A stretch of 64,000 bases of DNA from Spironucleus salmonicida (GCF_000497125.1 NC_090599.1:744001-808000); one strand, 5' to 3'. Shown: positions 37,785 to 50,504, counted from the first letter of the stretch. Notes: generated by a model not told the origin, from the letters alone. Translations and numbers: made by a program.

Positions 37785-38075
37785 GCTGAAATTCTGGCCA
37801 GCAATGTGATACTTGTTAGTGAGTCGCTGGGTGCCTCCGTTAGCGCGTTCAGGAGCCAGCTCCTCGTGAGCCAGGGCAACAAACTCGCGGCCTTCAAGCA
37901 GCAGCTCAGCGCGGCCAACAGGGCGCTTCTCGAGCAGAAGAAGGAGCTGAATTTGGCGGAAAAGGAGCGGCAGGCGCTTGAGCAGGAGGGAGTGGAATTG
38001 CGAAATCAAATCATAAACCTCACGTTTTTGGGCGTGATTTTGGTGGTCCTGTTCGTCCTGGTGGGCGTGAGGTGA
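37785..38075 (+). pseudogene. 3' fragment (coiled coil + TM) of the repeat-protein gene at 57665-60535
   Basis: Homology begins at AEILASN; in-frame TGA at ~37755 with no ATG after it. Confidence 0.7.
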
Positions 38076-38217
38076 GGTGTATTCATGTTTGGCGTAAGTC
38101 GGGATTCGGGGGCGAGCAAAGCGGCAGCACGTTGTCCCCGGCTGGAAGCGCTAGAAAACGGGGTCAGCCCACATTCGCCGCTTCTCGGTCTCTAAATTAA
38201 CGCCCTCCCGCTCCAAA

Positions 38218-38631
38218 ATGCCTACGGCAAAATCGCAGTACGCGCAGCAGAACCTCCAGGCCTACGCGCAGTCCATCTCCTTCTCGTTTCTGCTCAGCCA
38301 GCACCAGGGGCAGCCGCTGCGCGCCCCTGACCCCCCGCACCCCATCCTTGCGGAGACCCAGGTGCTGGAGAGCTCCCAGCGCCCGGACACCGCCTTGCAG
38401 GCCACCTTTAGGAGGGGGAAGACGGCGAAGAAGCGGATGATCGACAACGAGAACATCCTGCACCTGAACCAGAAGCCGCTGGACTACGAGCGGAAGATCC
38501 ACGCGTACATGGTTTCTAGGGAGAGCCAGGAGGGTGGCGAGAACATCAGCAGCGAGGCCGCGCTGCGGCGGGGCTTCCCCACGCACCTCGTGCAGCAGAG
38601 CCGGCCCCGCAACCGGCGCGGCGTGAAGTGA
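38218..38631 (+). CDS. Hypothetical basic protein (137 aa), copy 1
   Basis: C-rich motif before the ATG, GC3 bias, ends AAG-TGA. Confidence 0.75.
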   Translation: MPTAKSQYAQQNLQAYAQSISFSFLLSQHQGQPLRAPDPPHPILAETQVLESSQRPDTALQATFRRGKTAKKRMIDNENILHLNQKPLDYERKIHAYMVSRESQEGGENISSEAALRRGFPTHLVQQSRPRNRRGVK

Positions 38632-38690
38632 AGGCAGCTGGTGCAATTCGCCCGGACTGGTAATACCCGCATAATAGCCTACCGCCCAAA

Positions 38691-39191
38691 ATGGACGTCG
38701 TCGCGAAGGTGCTCAACGAGTCCCTCCTCCAGCGCTCCGGCTCCCGGCTCGGCGCCTCCGCGGCCTTCAGCGTGCGGCGGTCCGTGCAGCCCCAGCCCAC
38801 GGCGCGGGTGTACCGGCAGCTGCAGGGCTCCATTGTGCTCTCGGACCTCGCGCCCCCGGTGCCGGTCGCGGCGCCCCTGAGCGACATGGTGCTGCACAGC
38901 AGCTCCCAGCAGGCGTCCTCCGCAGCTGACACCAGCACCATGGCCCCGAAGCAGGCGCGGCAGCGGGCGAAGTCCGCCAAGGGGAAGCCGGCACCGCCTG
39001 CAGCGGCAGCGACCAGCAAGGCCCCCAGACCCAAGGGCTTCCGCCGGGGCGCCTTCCGCGACGAGATGCGCGTGGAGGACCTCGCCCCGCGGCCCCGGAC
39101 GCGTGCCACGAGCGCCAAGCAGCAGAAGGCCGGCTTCGTGCCCACCATCCAGCGCGAGCTCCTGGCCGCGGAGCCGTTCTGCCTGCAGTGA
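38691..39191 (+). CDS. Hypothetical low-complexity basic protein (166 aa), copy 1
   Basis: GC3 bias, ends CAG-TGA; indels versus the other copies are in-frame. Confidence 0.75.
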   Translation: MDVVAKVLNESLLQRSGSRLGASAAFSVRRSVQPQPTARVYRQLQGSIVLSDLAPPVPVAAPLSDMVLHSSSQQASSAADTSTMAPKQARQRAKSAKGKPAPPAAAATSKAPRPKGFRRGAFRDEMRVEDLAPRPRTRATSAKQQKAGFVPTIQRELLAAEPFCLQ

Positions 39192-39236
39192 GCGTGATAC
39201 AGTAATCGGCTGTGATGTGATACTAGTACTATCTAC

Positions 39237-39875
39237 TCATCTGAACTACAACTCTAGTAACACCGTGCCAACCAACTCCATAATAATCTGAATCGGCTGC
39301 GGCATGTTTGTGTATACTTCGAACACTTAACTTACTTAATAACGTAAAGTAACCCAATATTCATAAAATCCATTTCCAAAAACCATCTAAAATCTGATTT
39401 TTATTTCATCAATTAATCTTTATGACTATTCTTCTTCAATTTAATCATAATTTTTAACAACATTACGTAACTTCGTTCTATTTACATGTAATATCACATT
39501 TCCAATTTATTCTTCCGATATTCTTTGCTTTTAGTCCTTTTTCTTTTCCCTTTTAAAGTTTTTCATTATGCATAACACAAATAGATCTCGGCCATAACGT
39601 ATTCCCTCCGCCCAAATTTGTGCGAATAAACTAGTTTCAAGATACTTTGGAACATCATATCTTTAAATTGGATTGAGAGTAACGAAAAAGTAAATTTATT
39701 GTGTAATGATATTTTTTGTAATAGGTATGATTATTTACTTTTTAGATTTGCATATGGTTAATTAAGAACTCTTTTTATACTTTAAACCTAATTCATAAGG
39801 AACTGCAAAATTAGGTCGAAACATGGGATCATCATAAGCGCCTAATAGTGTTGCATCTGTCTTAAATAAATTCAT
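39237..39875 (-). CDS. Hypothetical protein (212 aa)
   Basis: MNLFKTDATLLGAYDDPMFRPNF...LLELQFR-TGA with TAR=Gln; start could be about 16 codons upstream. Confidence 0.6.
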
Positions 39876-40269
39876 TTTTGCAAATTATAATGAGATTATT
39901 ATTTGTAATATTAGAAATTTCATTAAGAACTTGTTTTGTTATTAACTATATATATTAATACTCTTTCTAAGAAAATATTACTTAATTACTTTATGAACTC
40001 ATTATTAAATATTATTTATATTCTGTTATATTTATTGTAACTTACTTTTAAAACATTATTTAACTAAAGACTTAACTAGATAGTTAAGGTAAATGTTTAA
40101 TATTAATTTTAAAATATAAAATATATTATGTATAAAATTAACCGCGTTTTAAATAATTCTTATGATTAGCAGTCATAAATACTAAATCTTGAAAGAACTG
40201 ACAATAGAATCTAATGTATGTTAAATTTAAGTAATTTTTAACTTATACAAATATTTAATTATATTGAAA

Positions 40270-41880
40270 TGACATAAGATAACTCAGGAGATATATCAAG
40301 AATGATTTCTACATTTTTTCTTGAATTAAATAATTACCACAGTCAAAAACACACTATGTATAGTAAAAGATACAAATAATAATATCCATCCTTCCCAAAA
40401 TCCATTATATGGAACTATTACTTCTAAACCTGAAAGGGATAAGAGATGTACTTCAGTAGCTACTATACCAAAATAATTACCAAATCCAAACATATCAAGC
40501 ATTAATTAATACTATTATTATACTTAATAGCAATATATATTGTCCTCAGATGGGAATTATATATTACCATTTATACTAAATTCAATCTGTTGTTTATTAA
40601 ATGCTTAAATACTTTAACTAATATTTATGTCTATTGAATCAAATGTTTTGATGATTTTATTACTTTATTCAATTAAATACAAAGCTAATTTCCAGTCAAC
40701 GTAACATTAGCATCACCTACTGGAATATGTGTGGGATTAAATCGATATGATCCTAAATATTTCCCTTTATTTTATAGTTTGTATGATATTCCTTAAGTCA
40801 TATTACTAGGGTAATATTTAACTTAATCGAGTTCATATTCATATTCCTATTAGGAATCATATTCAGAAATTTTCCATGTCTCACAAGTAAGATAATTATT
40901 TATTTGAAATGGTAATTAAGTATAGAATCATAATTAAAAAAATTACCACTTTCATCAGCTAGTTCTGATACATTTACCCTAAAATTTTAAGTATCATATT
41001 TTTCAAAATTAAATAATGATATTGTGTTAACTTAGTTGATATAAATATATCCATCCAAAAATGCAACAGTGCCTGAATTAGTACATACATCATAAACTTC
41101 GCGTTTCGATACAGAAATGTAATAAATTAGATTAAAGTCTAATGTGATATCTTCCTCTTTTTATACTCCATAATCATCTATATATTTATTTTTGGTAGTA
41201 ATTGTCTTAGAAATAAGAATTGAAACTTATATAATTATAAAATTGTCTCCAGATATTTATAAGGTCGAAGATACACATAGTTATTGTTGTTCTTCACTGC
41301 CATTTAAACAATCTAGTTCTTCTAATTGAAATTAAAAAAATCATACTTATCTTTCGTAATATTCTTTTATTAAATAATACTTCCATGCAATAGAATATAG
41401 TACATTAGATCTGATGTAGGAGTTACCGTGCAATTGGGATTTGTTTATATTTTAGTTACGATAGACTCAAACGACTCATATGACACAGATGGATTAGAAA
41501 CACATCCATTATATTCATATATAACAACTACAAAGTCATCCACCACTGATTCTTAAATTAAATAATTATCCAGAAACATTATTTCATATGAGGAAATCAC
41601 ATAACTACTAGCGTTTTATGAAAAAGATCCAATAGTTGGTTGAAGAGTTATATTAGCATTAGCAAAGGCATTATAGACTATAAATTCTGATCTAAATTCA
41701 TTTGGACCAATTCTAATTGTATATACACTAGTTCTGCCAATTGGTACCATGCAGCTTAAGACTTCTTCGTTATTCACCTCATTGCTAGGCTCCGTAAAAA
41801 ATTAACTTAGTCTGTCTGCTTATTTACCTCAACACGAGCTGACCTCATCTAACATGAGAAGGCTAGAACAATAATCCTTT
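40270..41880 (-). pseudogene. Degraded paralogue of the 29694-31289 surface protein
   Basis: Colinear homology (RVEVNKQTDQV, QISGDNF, ELADE, YLTCETW, FWEGW) but start reads AGG, several frameshifts and an in-frame TGA; 3' end approximate. Confidence 0.8.
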
Positions 41881-42897
41881 TTAACTAAAGTCAAATAATA
41901 TTGTTATATACTAACATCTTTCTTAATGTATACTTTGTTGCGACTGTGTATTCGAGTAAAATTATATCATTATTATCTATTTTACAGAATAATTTTTTAC
42001 AAAATATACCAAATTATGTATCATCCTATAATTAACATACCAGAAAAAACGCATTGTAATATATTACTTATTATCCTTATACTAAACGATTTCTGAAAAG
42101 TTGTCCATTTAAGTTTTAAACCGCATCGAACAATTTCACCGAATCTGCAGCGAAACCAATTTTTAAAATCTGACTATATAGAATATTAAAGCTTTTCTTC
42201 TAAAACAACACACTGTCAATCGAAGTTGGTTTTTGAGCTCTAATTTGTTAGCACCTAAAAATTTCAGCGTCAAAGCCCAGCTACTTACTCTCTCGATCGC
42301 GCACTGCAAGACGATAAAACTGCAATTATTACATCCCGCAAACTTCAGCAGCACCGATTTTCAGCTATAACAAGATAGAACTCCCGCGCACCTCAGCAAG
42401 GTATCACTGGCGGTATTCGCCACAAGCCGCAGCCTGCAGCGATTTCCATTTCTTTAAAATATAAAACATTTAATATTATATAATAATAATAAACTATTTT
42501 CCACTCCAAATATCGGTTTTAACGAGTGCAGGTCCTTCCAAACGCGAGAGGGCGCGTCGTGTGCAGAAAGGGGAATTTCCGCAGCTTGAAAACGAGATTT
42601 TGCGCTCTGGAATGCGCATTCCCGCCGATTAACATTTGCGGCAACGGCCGATTAGTGTTACTGATATAAGGAATGTGCTGGAATTCAGGTAACTCCAAAC
42701 GAAAAATAACGCGCTTCTCAGCATTTCCTAAGCGTGACTTGATCATTCAGTGCGCTGCTTACTTCAGGAATTTGAATATAGTGTGATGATTACAAATAGT
42801 ATTAGTCAGTATATAATAATAATAATTATTATTATATTTACAATAATAGTAATAATTATTATATAATAATATTAATAGTCAGAAACTTGAAACTAAA

Positions 42898-43242
42898 ATG
42901 TCGAAAGGTGTTCCACTAAATTGCTTTCTATGCTTGATTGTAAGCGGGGTGTTTACTAGCACCATTCAGGCGCCGTGCAGCGTAAGGGTGCGTGCTATAG
43001 AGCAAGTAAATCGGTAAATTATAAGTGTTTTCATCAGTCATTGGCATCCCACACTCTACAGAATGCGTTATATTGCGTCTATGATGGCGTTTTGTGCAGT
43101 TGCTGCCTTTGCATTTGTTCTACTTATTTTCGTGTACTTGTTGCGCAAGGACGCTGGTGTTCTGGCTTAGAACCAGGTGTTGCATATATAACTCCACTGG
43201 GTTCCATGTTACGCAACGCAGTGCACTAGTATGTCCTCTTGA
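42898..43242 (+). CDS. Possible membrane protein (114 aa)
   Basis: ATG-to-TGA frame with hydrophobic AFCAVAAFAFVLLIFVYLL segment; no other support. Confidence 0.35.
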
Positions 43243-44288
43243 TTGTACGTCCATGCATGTGCCATTTTCTACAACTAAGGTTTCGACAAATGAGGTATAT
43301 GTAGAGTTATTGTTGGAATCCTAAATGCAAATACCTTTAATTATGTTTAAACTTGAGTAAGTTATTTAACAACCTGACTGCCACATTACAATATTTAGCA
43401 GTTAAAATCACTTAAGTAGATAAATTGAACGATGAATGTGTTTATTACTAGTTATATTAGTCATTTAGAATTACTATACGGTTTTCCAAGAAAAATAACT
43501 ATTATATATAATGTAAAATTAACTTTTCTTATAGCACTTTTCAATTTATTATACTTATCAAGTATACTTTTAAATTAATATATTTATATTATACTTACCC
43601 TGGTTATAAAAATAACTGTAGAAAAACGGTTTTTTATTAAATAATTTAAAAAATAATAAATCGCTAGTATTGACAGATTAATATTATATACTAAATATCA
43701 TAGTTAAAAAATATAGAAATAATATTGTTTGATTTAAACCCAATCATAAGATGCATATTTATATTTTATCTATAACTATGTAATTTGTTTGTCAAACATC
43801 GTATTCTGGCGAAATAATGATATTATGAGTATAACTATAATGAATATTACAATGGTGAATGCAAATAACTATTATAGTAAAGTTACACGAGACCTCATTC
43901 ATGTCACTATGATTTTCGAATTATATTTTCTACAACAGTTGAGTAACTATTTATTATTTGCATCATTTATCCTATTATATTAAGTACACATATAAGATCA
44001 ATTTTAGTAAAACTATGTACATAATTTGCTGCCATTTTAATCTAGCATCATTCCCTAGATTACAAAAATTGACACACACGCCAATACTTATACTCATTAT
44101 ATTAAGCGCCATTATGCGGCATCAAATTGAATTATGGTTATGTTATGAAATAAAAACAATAACAACAAGAAATATGTTTACTTTGAAAACTTGAGTTCAC
44201 ATCATATTTTGTAATATTATTAATCGTACCAAGAGATGTAAGTATCACCTCTAATTCTCACTTTTAAAAATATCACTCAACGTCTATG

Positions 44289-44588
44289 TCAATGTGAGCT
44301 GAGGAGGCCTTCGCCGTTGTTTGCTGTTGCTGGTACCTCTTATAAAGGAGATACCATTACATATTATGCTTAATTAGCATTATTAGGTTTGTTCTTTGAC
44401 TATACAACGCTCTTTCTACAGCAGCATGCAAAACAGCAACAACAACAGCTATAAATAGATGCAACTATGAGAAGCAGAATGGTGCCTCCTGCGAACAGAA
44501 AATTAAACTACAATAGACGGATAATGATTTCTTCGTACTCCGGATTGGTGAACTAGTAGGTGTAACTAAGTGTGTTGATTATCGACAT
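44289..44588 (-). CDS. Small single-pass membrane protein with juxtamembrane Cys cluster (99 aa)
   Basis: ...FLFAGGTILLLIVASIYSCCCCFACCCRK... Confidence 0.75.
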
Positions 44589-45426
44589 TATAAAGACACT
44601 TTTTGATTACTAATATAATATGATAATAAGAATGAATATAATATTTCTATACGTGATACCATGAATTAGAATATAAAATTAATACTATATTAATGAACTA
44701 GTTTTTATAGTATATTTAATTTATTTAATATTATATTATAACAAATCAAATGACTATTTATAATAATATTATAATAATATTATTATTATATTTTAGATAC
44801 ATGAATATATAATACGTCAAATTCATTGCTTATCTTATCAGCTAGTTTTAAAGTAGTACTTATATAGCCTTAGCTTATTATTATACTAGTATTAATGACT
44901 AAATTAGTATACTTAATGTATACGAATCTTCTGATCATTTTTTTAAGCAAATTAATTAAATGATAATTAAACTAGATTCAACTGTAATAAGACTAATATT
45001 TTATTTTAATTCTAATTAAATTTATTCATAATTTTTTAGCTGAGAGAATATCTAATATAACCGAATCATAATATATTACGATTAATGGTTATTTCACCTC
45101 TGATAGTAATAAACTTTAGAACTAACTAACACACTTAATAAAGTTATCTAAACTATTAAAATGAATTTTAGAGTTAATAATTTTTTTAAACTAATTACTT
45201 CAGTAAAAGTAAAATAAACATAAATATGCAATTATAAAATTAATTTCAGTATCAAGTTTTTTAATTTAGTTATGACGTAATTGCATGAATTTAAAACATA
45301 AACTATTTGATCATACTCGTTTTACAATGAATATGTATATTTTATTCAATAAAATGTTTCGTATTCAAAATATTAACGTGTTAACCTCATTTGTAGGCAT
45401 AAAGATTTTTGATTAATAAAAAAATA

Positions 45427-46647
45427 TCAGACATATTACATATTGCACAAATTAACCCTATCTTAACCTGTCGTCTGGTATGCGCTCAGCAGGCTCGTGA
45501 ACTCATCGAGGCGGCAGAAGGTCTGGGCCGCGCAGTGCAGCGTCGTGACCGGCGCCCCGAGGTACCGCACGCGCACCAGGTCCTGCTGGTGCAGCTCGAT
45601 CTGGACGTCCGCCGCGAAGCCGGGCTGGCCGCAGTCCCAGCTGCCGTTGGTGAGCACGGTCATCAGGGGTGCGAGAGTCGTGTCGTGGGCCGTGACGAGG
45701 TGGAGCTTGCGGCTGTCCGCGGTCAGCTTGTGGATGATGTCCGCGAACACGGGCCCCACGTTCATCTTGACGACCTTCGTGGCGTTGGTCTGGTCCGCGC
45801 TGCAGAACCACTGCTTCCAGTACATGTCGTTCGCGGCTTCGATTTTCTAGTAGGTGCTATTTGTTACTATGGCAGGCAAAGGATCCCCGCGCCCCGTTAT
45901 GGCACGCAGCGCATCCCAAATGCGATTCCAGTCAAAGTTAGGAGTCTTAAGAGCAGCATTGACCTGATCAAGCTCCGCCTTCAGGGGGAACAGCGAGGCG
46001 TGCGTGACGTAGTTGGCCTCCTGGAACGCCGCCTGCCACGGGCACGGGTACGGCGGGTGGTAGCCGTCCGCGAGGCTCTCCGCGGTGTCCACGCGGAACT
46101 GGGCGGTGCCCGGGAAGAGGACCGCGAGCTGGCCCAGCAGGGACGCGCGCGTGCGGCTGGTGTTCGTGGACCGCAGCCCCACCTCCGCGGGGTCGAAGCG
46201 CGCGGAGACGAAGCCCGAGTCCACGTAGTCCCGCTTCAGCCGCCGGGCCAGCGCCTGGTGCTGCCGGAAGCCGTTGCGGACCAGCTCGCCAGGGGGGCAA
46301 GGGGCCGGCGTGGAGGTGTTGAGGATGATCCGCTGGGCGTCGTACGCGATCTGCTCCGGCAGGTCGCACTGCCACGCGGGGACGATATCGGTAGGGATAG
46401 CGTAGAAGGACGTGCGCGCGCCATGTCTGGCTATCACGATCGCCTTCTTCAGGGTGGACTTCGCCGGCCGCGTCAGCACCACGCCCAGGACGATCGCGAC
46501 GACCACACAGACGACGGCAACGGCGGAGATCGCGGTTATTATGACGCATTTCTTTTTAGATTAAAATTTATTGACGACTACTATGTGCTCTTCAGCGGTA
46601 GATGCCTGCTCAATGCTGACATTTTGTTGGGCGGTTTAAATCTTCAT
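45427..46647 (-). CDS. Histidine acid phosphatase with N-terminal TM anchor (406 aa)
   Basis: RHGART catalytic motif, RSTNTSRT and AHDTT; listed ORFs join through TAG/TAA. Confidence 0.92.
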
Positions 46648-47037
46648 TTTGAAAAATTAGAAATCGCATAACTTTATGAAATCGTTCTAGTTAAGCCTTT
46701 TCTTCTGGGCCATAGTATTTCATAATAACTTACAGTTAGTAAAAGTCCATAGATTAACATATTATTATCATTAGGAAATCTTTTGTGTTGTATTTAAAAA
46801 TCACTTCCATTATTGTAATATATCACTATATAAATAACATATATAAATTTGTAAAATTTTGCTGCAGTACCCAAATCTGCATTAGCCTCAAAATTGAATG
46901 ACTAAATACTACTTTTTCTTCACCCCAAATCACAAGTTCAGGATCTGCTTTAACCGTTCGATTTCAGCCCCTTCAAAAATAGACATTATTATATTACTAT
47001 ATACAATATCTAAAATAGTCACTCCACTAATTTTTTT

Positions 47038-48510
47038 TCACTTCACATCCTTCCAGCCCACTATATCACCCCACTCCCGGTTCCCTTCCTAATTTTCCTT
47101 TCCTTTAACGAAAAATCCACCAATTTTTGCCGCACGATTTACGAACTCAGGAATCTGCACTCCGCAAAGTTCCAAGCTCAGCTGGTTCGTAAAATCGTGG
47201 CAATTGTACTGCAAAAGCTGGTACTCATCTCCCTTCCACTATTGCGTTTTTCGAGCGAAAATTGCATATAATTATTATATATTAAAAACAGTATGTCCAA
47301 GGAACAAGTTTTTGTAGAATTTTACACCGTTAAATTCACGCCGCGGCTTCTACACGTAAACCCCTGTCTCGTTAGGGTAATTATGCCCCCCAAAAGCGAT
47401 TTCCAGATCGCATACTTGAAGCCCTGAGTGAAAAATCCCCACTCCTAAAATGGAAGGAATTTTGCTTTTAATCAAATGATATACATTTAAATATACAGGA
47501 AAAGGAGGGGAACTTTTTACTTCGTAAAGCGGCAGCAACGAACGCAAAATTTGAGGTGCCAACTTGCCAGAAACAGCATAATATTTGACCAAAAACGACT
47601 TGTAATTTTAGGAGTGGAAATCGTATTTAGAATTGGAATTTTTTAACTCATTTTTGCTCAAATTTGGTAAAATTTGCATCTTCAGGGCCGCCGAAAGGAG
47701 CCGTTTTCTGCAGTTTTGGACTGGCGCGGAGGCCGCGAATTCCGGGCCCCAAAGCGCCCCAAAAGGCGCGATTTTGAGCGCCAAAACGCGCACCGAATTG
47801 ACGTAAATCGCTAGAATTCGCAGCTGCCGCGCACGGCCCAAAACGGCCAAAAACGGCCTCCGGAGGCCAATTTCTGAGCGAAAAATTTCGACTTTTTTGG
47901 CCAAAAATTCTTTTTTTGGAGCGAAAAAAACAAAATTTTGGAGCGAAAAAAATCGCTCCGCGGATCGAATTAGGAGTGGAATATTATTATTATTATATTC
48001 AAAATAGCAATTAATATGATTTATCTGACTGAAAAAACTGCTCGGCTCAGCGGCCTGAAATACGTTCTTTAGGTCGATTCCGAGGCCGCAGACGTCTCTG
48101 GGGTCGCTGAGGAGCACTACGCTGTGCCGTACGAGTTTTTTCGTTTTCGGCTTCAGGCGCGCGAAGAGCCTGTGCTGGTTGGCCGGGAACTGCGAGATTT
48201 GCGCGTCGGAGACGTAGCCCAGTCGCACGTCGTACAGGAAGAACTTCGTGAAAAACTGCGAAAACGTGATGAAGAACGGCGAGTTCGAGGAGCTCGTTAG
48301 GAAGATGGACAGGACGTGGTCAGGTTCCTCGGTGGATGCGAAGACGCCGTGCAGGTGCTGGTTGAACGCCGCGAGCGTCGGGATCACGCCTGTAAACTGA
48401 ACTGGGTAGTTGTGGCAATCTTGCGTTAGTATTGCGGTCTGGTTAATGATCGGGACCGGCTGGCTATTCAGGGGCTGCAGCAGGAACTGCTGAAAACTAA
48501 CTTATTTCAT
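47038..48510 (-). CDS. PPPDE/DeSI peptidase-domain protein with long N-terminal extension (490 aa)
   Basis: VYLNVYHL, GIFHSGLQV, FGGH and YQLLQYNCHDF; ORFs 47608-48387 and 47350-47592 in frame; ends AAG-TGA. Confidence 0.85.
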
Positions 48511-48657
48511 TTTGATTTAAAATTGAAAAAGAGATGCTATATGGTATAATAATAGTAGTTTAGTAGATTTTTGGAGAGAGTGGTGGTATTAAAATTATAC
48601 TAATATTATATGATAATCAATAATAAGTTTGAATTTCCGCTTCTTTCCACTACTTTA

Positions 48658-49344
48658 ATGAACAAGCTTAAATCTCTTTTTGAACATTAAAAATACATAG
48701 AAATTATAGATATCGTTACGCCAGTCTTAGAAAATACATCAAAACTTACCCCGTCTGACCATTTAGACTATCTGCTTTACTACGGAATCTCCCTAATTGA
48801 GTACTCCTTCACCTACCAAGTCGAATTTAACAACTATCAGACCCAGATAGCGGACTACAACTACCTGGTCAAAAACAGCCAGGCTGACCCCGTGGCCTTC
48901 AAAGACATCCCGCAGCCCATTTCCTACGTGAACCGCTCCTACGCGGCCCTAAGCGCGGCCCTGTCTCTGATCTTGCACTACTTCCCAGACAACCTGAACT
49001 ACCTGTTCATCACCAGGATCCACCTCATCCGCGCGGCCCATCTGCAAAACGCTACCTCCTTCCCGTCCCTCATCGACTCCTTCATCGACTTCATCGCGGA
49101 GTGCGATAGCCAGAAGTTCGAGTTCAACCGCTTCGCCGACTGCTTGAAGGAGATGCTCGAGTTTTAGATCAGCGACGCGCAGGCGAAGATGATAAAGCAG
49201 GAGCTGTACTGGTACTACAGTGAGATGATGTGCAGCGAGATGAAGAAAATGAGGTGGTACGGCGCCTTTTGCAAATTCAACAGCACCGGGCAGAAGGTCG
49301 AGGAGTACAGACAGCAGATATGCGAGTTTTAACATCAGGAGTGA
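48658..49344 (+). CDS. Hypothetical helical protein (228 aa)
   Basis: Extends ORF 48892-49167 through TAR; C-rich motif upstream; ends GAG-TGA. Confidence 0.8.
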
Positions 49345-49462
49345 GGGTATTTTGGATAGCACACGGGCTGGCCGACGTGGCGCCCTTGGTGCCGAGCTTC
49401 AGGGCCGCTCGAGGGAAACTTATTTTGTGGTATATTATATTCCGCCCTGGAGGCAGAGCAGA

Positions 49463-49852
49463 ATGGCTTAGGTCCAGAGGTCCCAGCTCATGGCCATCCG
49501 CGACCCCACCTCCAAGAAGCTAGGCTACATCCCGGCGACCGTTACTGACTTCGACGCCACGGGCATCACCCTGCAGTACCAGGACAAGCACTCGAAGTTC
49601 CAGCTCATCACTGTCAGGCCGGAGGAGGCCTACGCGTTCCACCGCCCGTCGGAGCAGATAGGCCAGGGGACGGTGGTGTACGCACCCTGGTATGACAGCT
49701 CGGCCAAGGTGTTCTGCTACCCACTGTACGAGGCCACTACGCTGGCGCGCTTCGAGCCGTCGCAGCCATCCAGCTTGCTGCGGGTAAAGTTTAAGGGAGA
49801 GCGGTCTGACACGTTCGTGGACGCAAAGTGGGTGCTGGTTGCACCGCAGTGA
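49463..49852 (+). CDS. Hypothetical protein, possible tandem Tudor-like fold (129 aa)
   Basis: Beta-rich pattern VVYAPWY...LYEATT...LLRVKF; ends CAG-TGA. Confidence 0.7.
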
Positions 49853-49857
49853 GGCTA

Positions 49858-50154
49858 TCATTCACTTTCGAGGGGCTCTGCGCCCTGCCTCAGTTGGGCG
49901 TTCTCCGCTTCTAGCTCGGATACGCGCTGCCTCAGAATATCCAATTCCACCTGCAGCCCCTGGTCAGCAATTATCAGGGAGGTCTCCAGCTGCCGCCTGT
50001 CCTGCTGCGACCTGGCGAGAGATGCGCTAAGCGAGGATATCTGCTCCTGCTGCTGCGCCACGTGGTGCACTGCCTCATACTTCGGCTCCCCGAGCGTTGC
50101 GCCGTATAGGCCTTCCAGGTGCTTGAGATGCGACAGGACCTCCGCTGGGTTCAT
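49858..50154 (-). CDS. Small coiled-coil protein (98 aa)
   Basis: MNPAEVLSHLK...LRQRVSELEAENAQLRQ; ends GAA-TGA. Confidence 0.7.
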   Translation of the reverse strand: MNPAEVLSHLKHLEGLYGATLGEPKYEAVHHVAQQQEQISSLSASLARSQQDRRQLETSLIIADQGLQVELDILRQRVSELEAENAQLRQGAEPLESE

Positions 50155-50192
50155 TTTGCTTGGAGTGAAAGATATCAAATATGCCGTAACTA

Positions 50193-50504
50193 TCACTCGG
50201 CATGCTCGTCGGTGAGCCCGTGGTATCCGGTCTGTGGCCAGTCCACGAGGGATACTACCGCAATCTTGCCGCTGGCGTCCTCCTGTACGTTGATGTCGAT
50301 GCGGATGCGCCGCACTGGGGTCCGGATGCCGTGCGCCCAGACGTAGCGGTTGACGTCCTCCGAAAGCACCACGTCCCGGATGCCCACCTTGGCGGTATCG
50401 GCGCAGATAGTCCGGATGATGTGGATGGCCGTGGGGCAGCGAGTCTTGAAGGGCCGGCCCTTGGTGAGCTTCGCCAGGTTCAGCGTCTTGAGGAAGTGCA
50501 CCAT
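50193..50504 (-). CDS. RPL31: 60S ribosomal protein L31 (eL31)
   Basis: TLNLAK...FKTRCPTAI...DVVLSEDVNRYVWAHGIRTPVRRIRI. Confidence 0.92.
   Translation of the reverse strand: MVHFLKTLNLAKLTKGRPFKTRCPTAIHIIRTICADTAKVGIRDVVLSEDVNRYVWAHGIRTPVRRIRIDINVQEDASGKIAVVSLVDWPQTGYHGLTDEHAE

Larger units (their letters stand above)
37785..39194. repeat. Duplicated block; inverted copy at 56534-57955, partial direct copy at 60798-61459
   Basis: Near-identical sequence and ORFs at the three sites. Confidence 0.95.

Noticed and set aside
40920-40940. In-frame TGA as selenocysteine
   Set aside because: Aligns to Gln, not Cys, in the intact paralogue and sits among frameshifts; a nonsense mutation is simpler.
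41940-42760. Long TGA-free plus-strand frame
   Set aside because: No in-frame ATG found, and long open frames arise by chance when TGA is the only stop.
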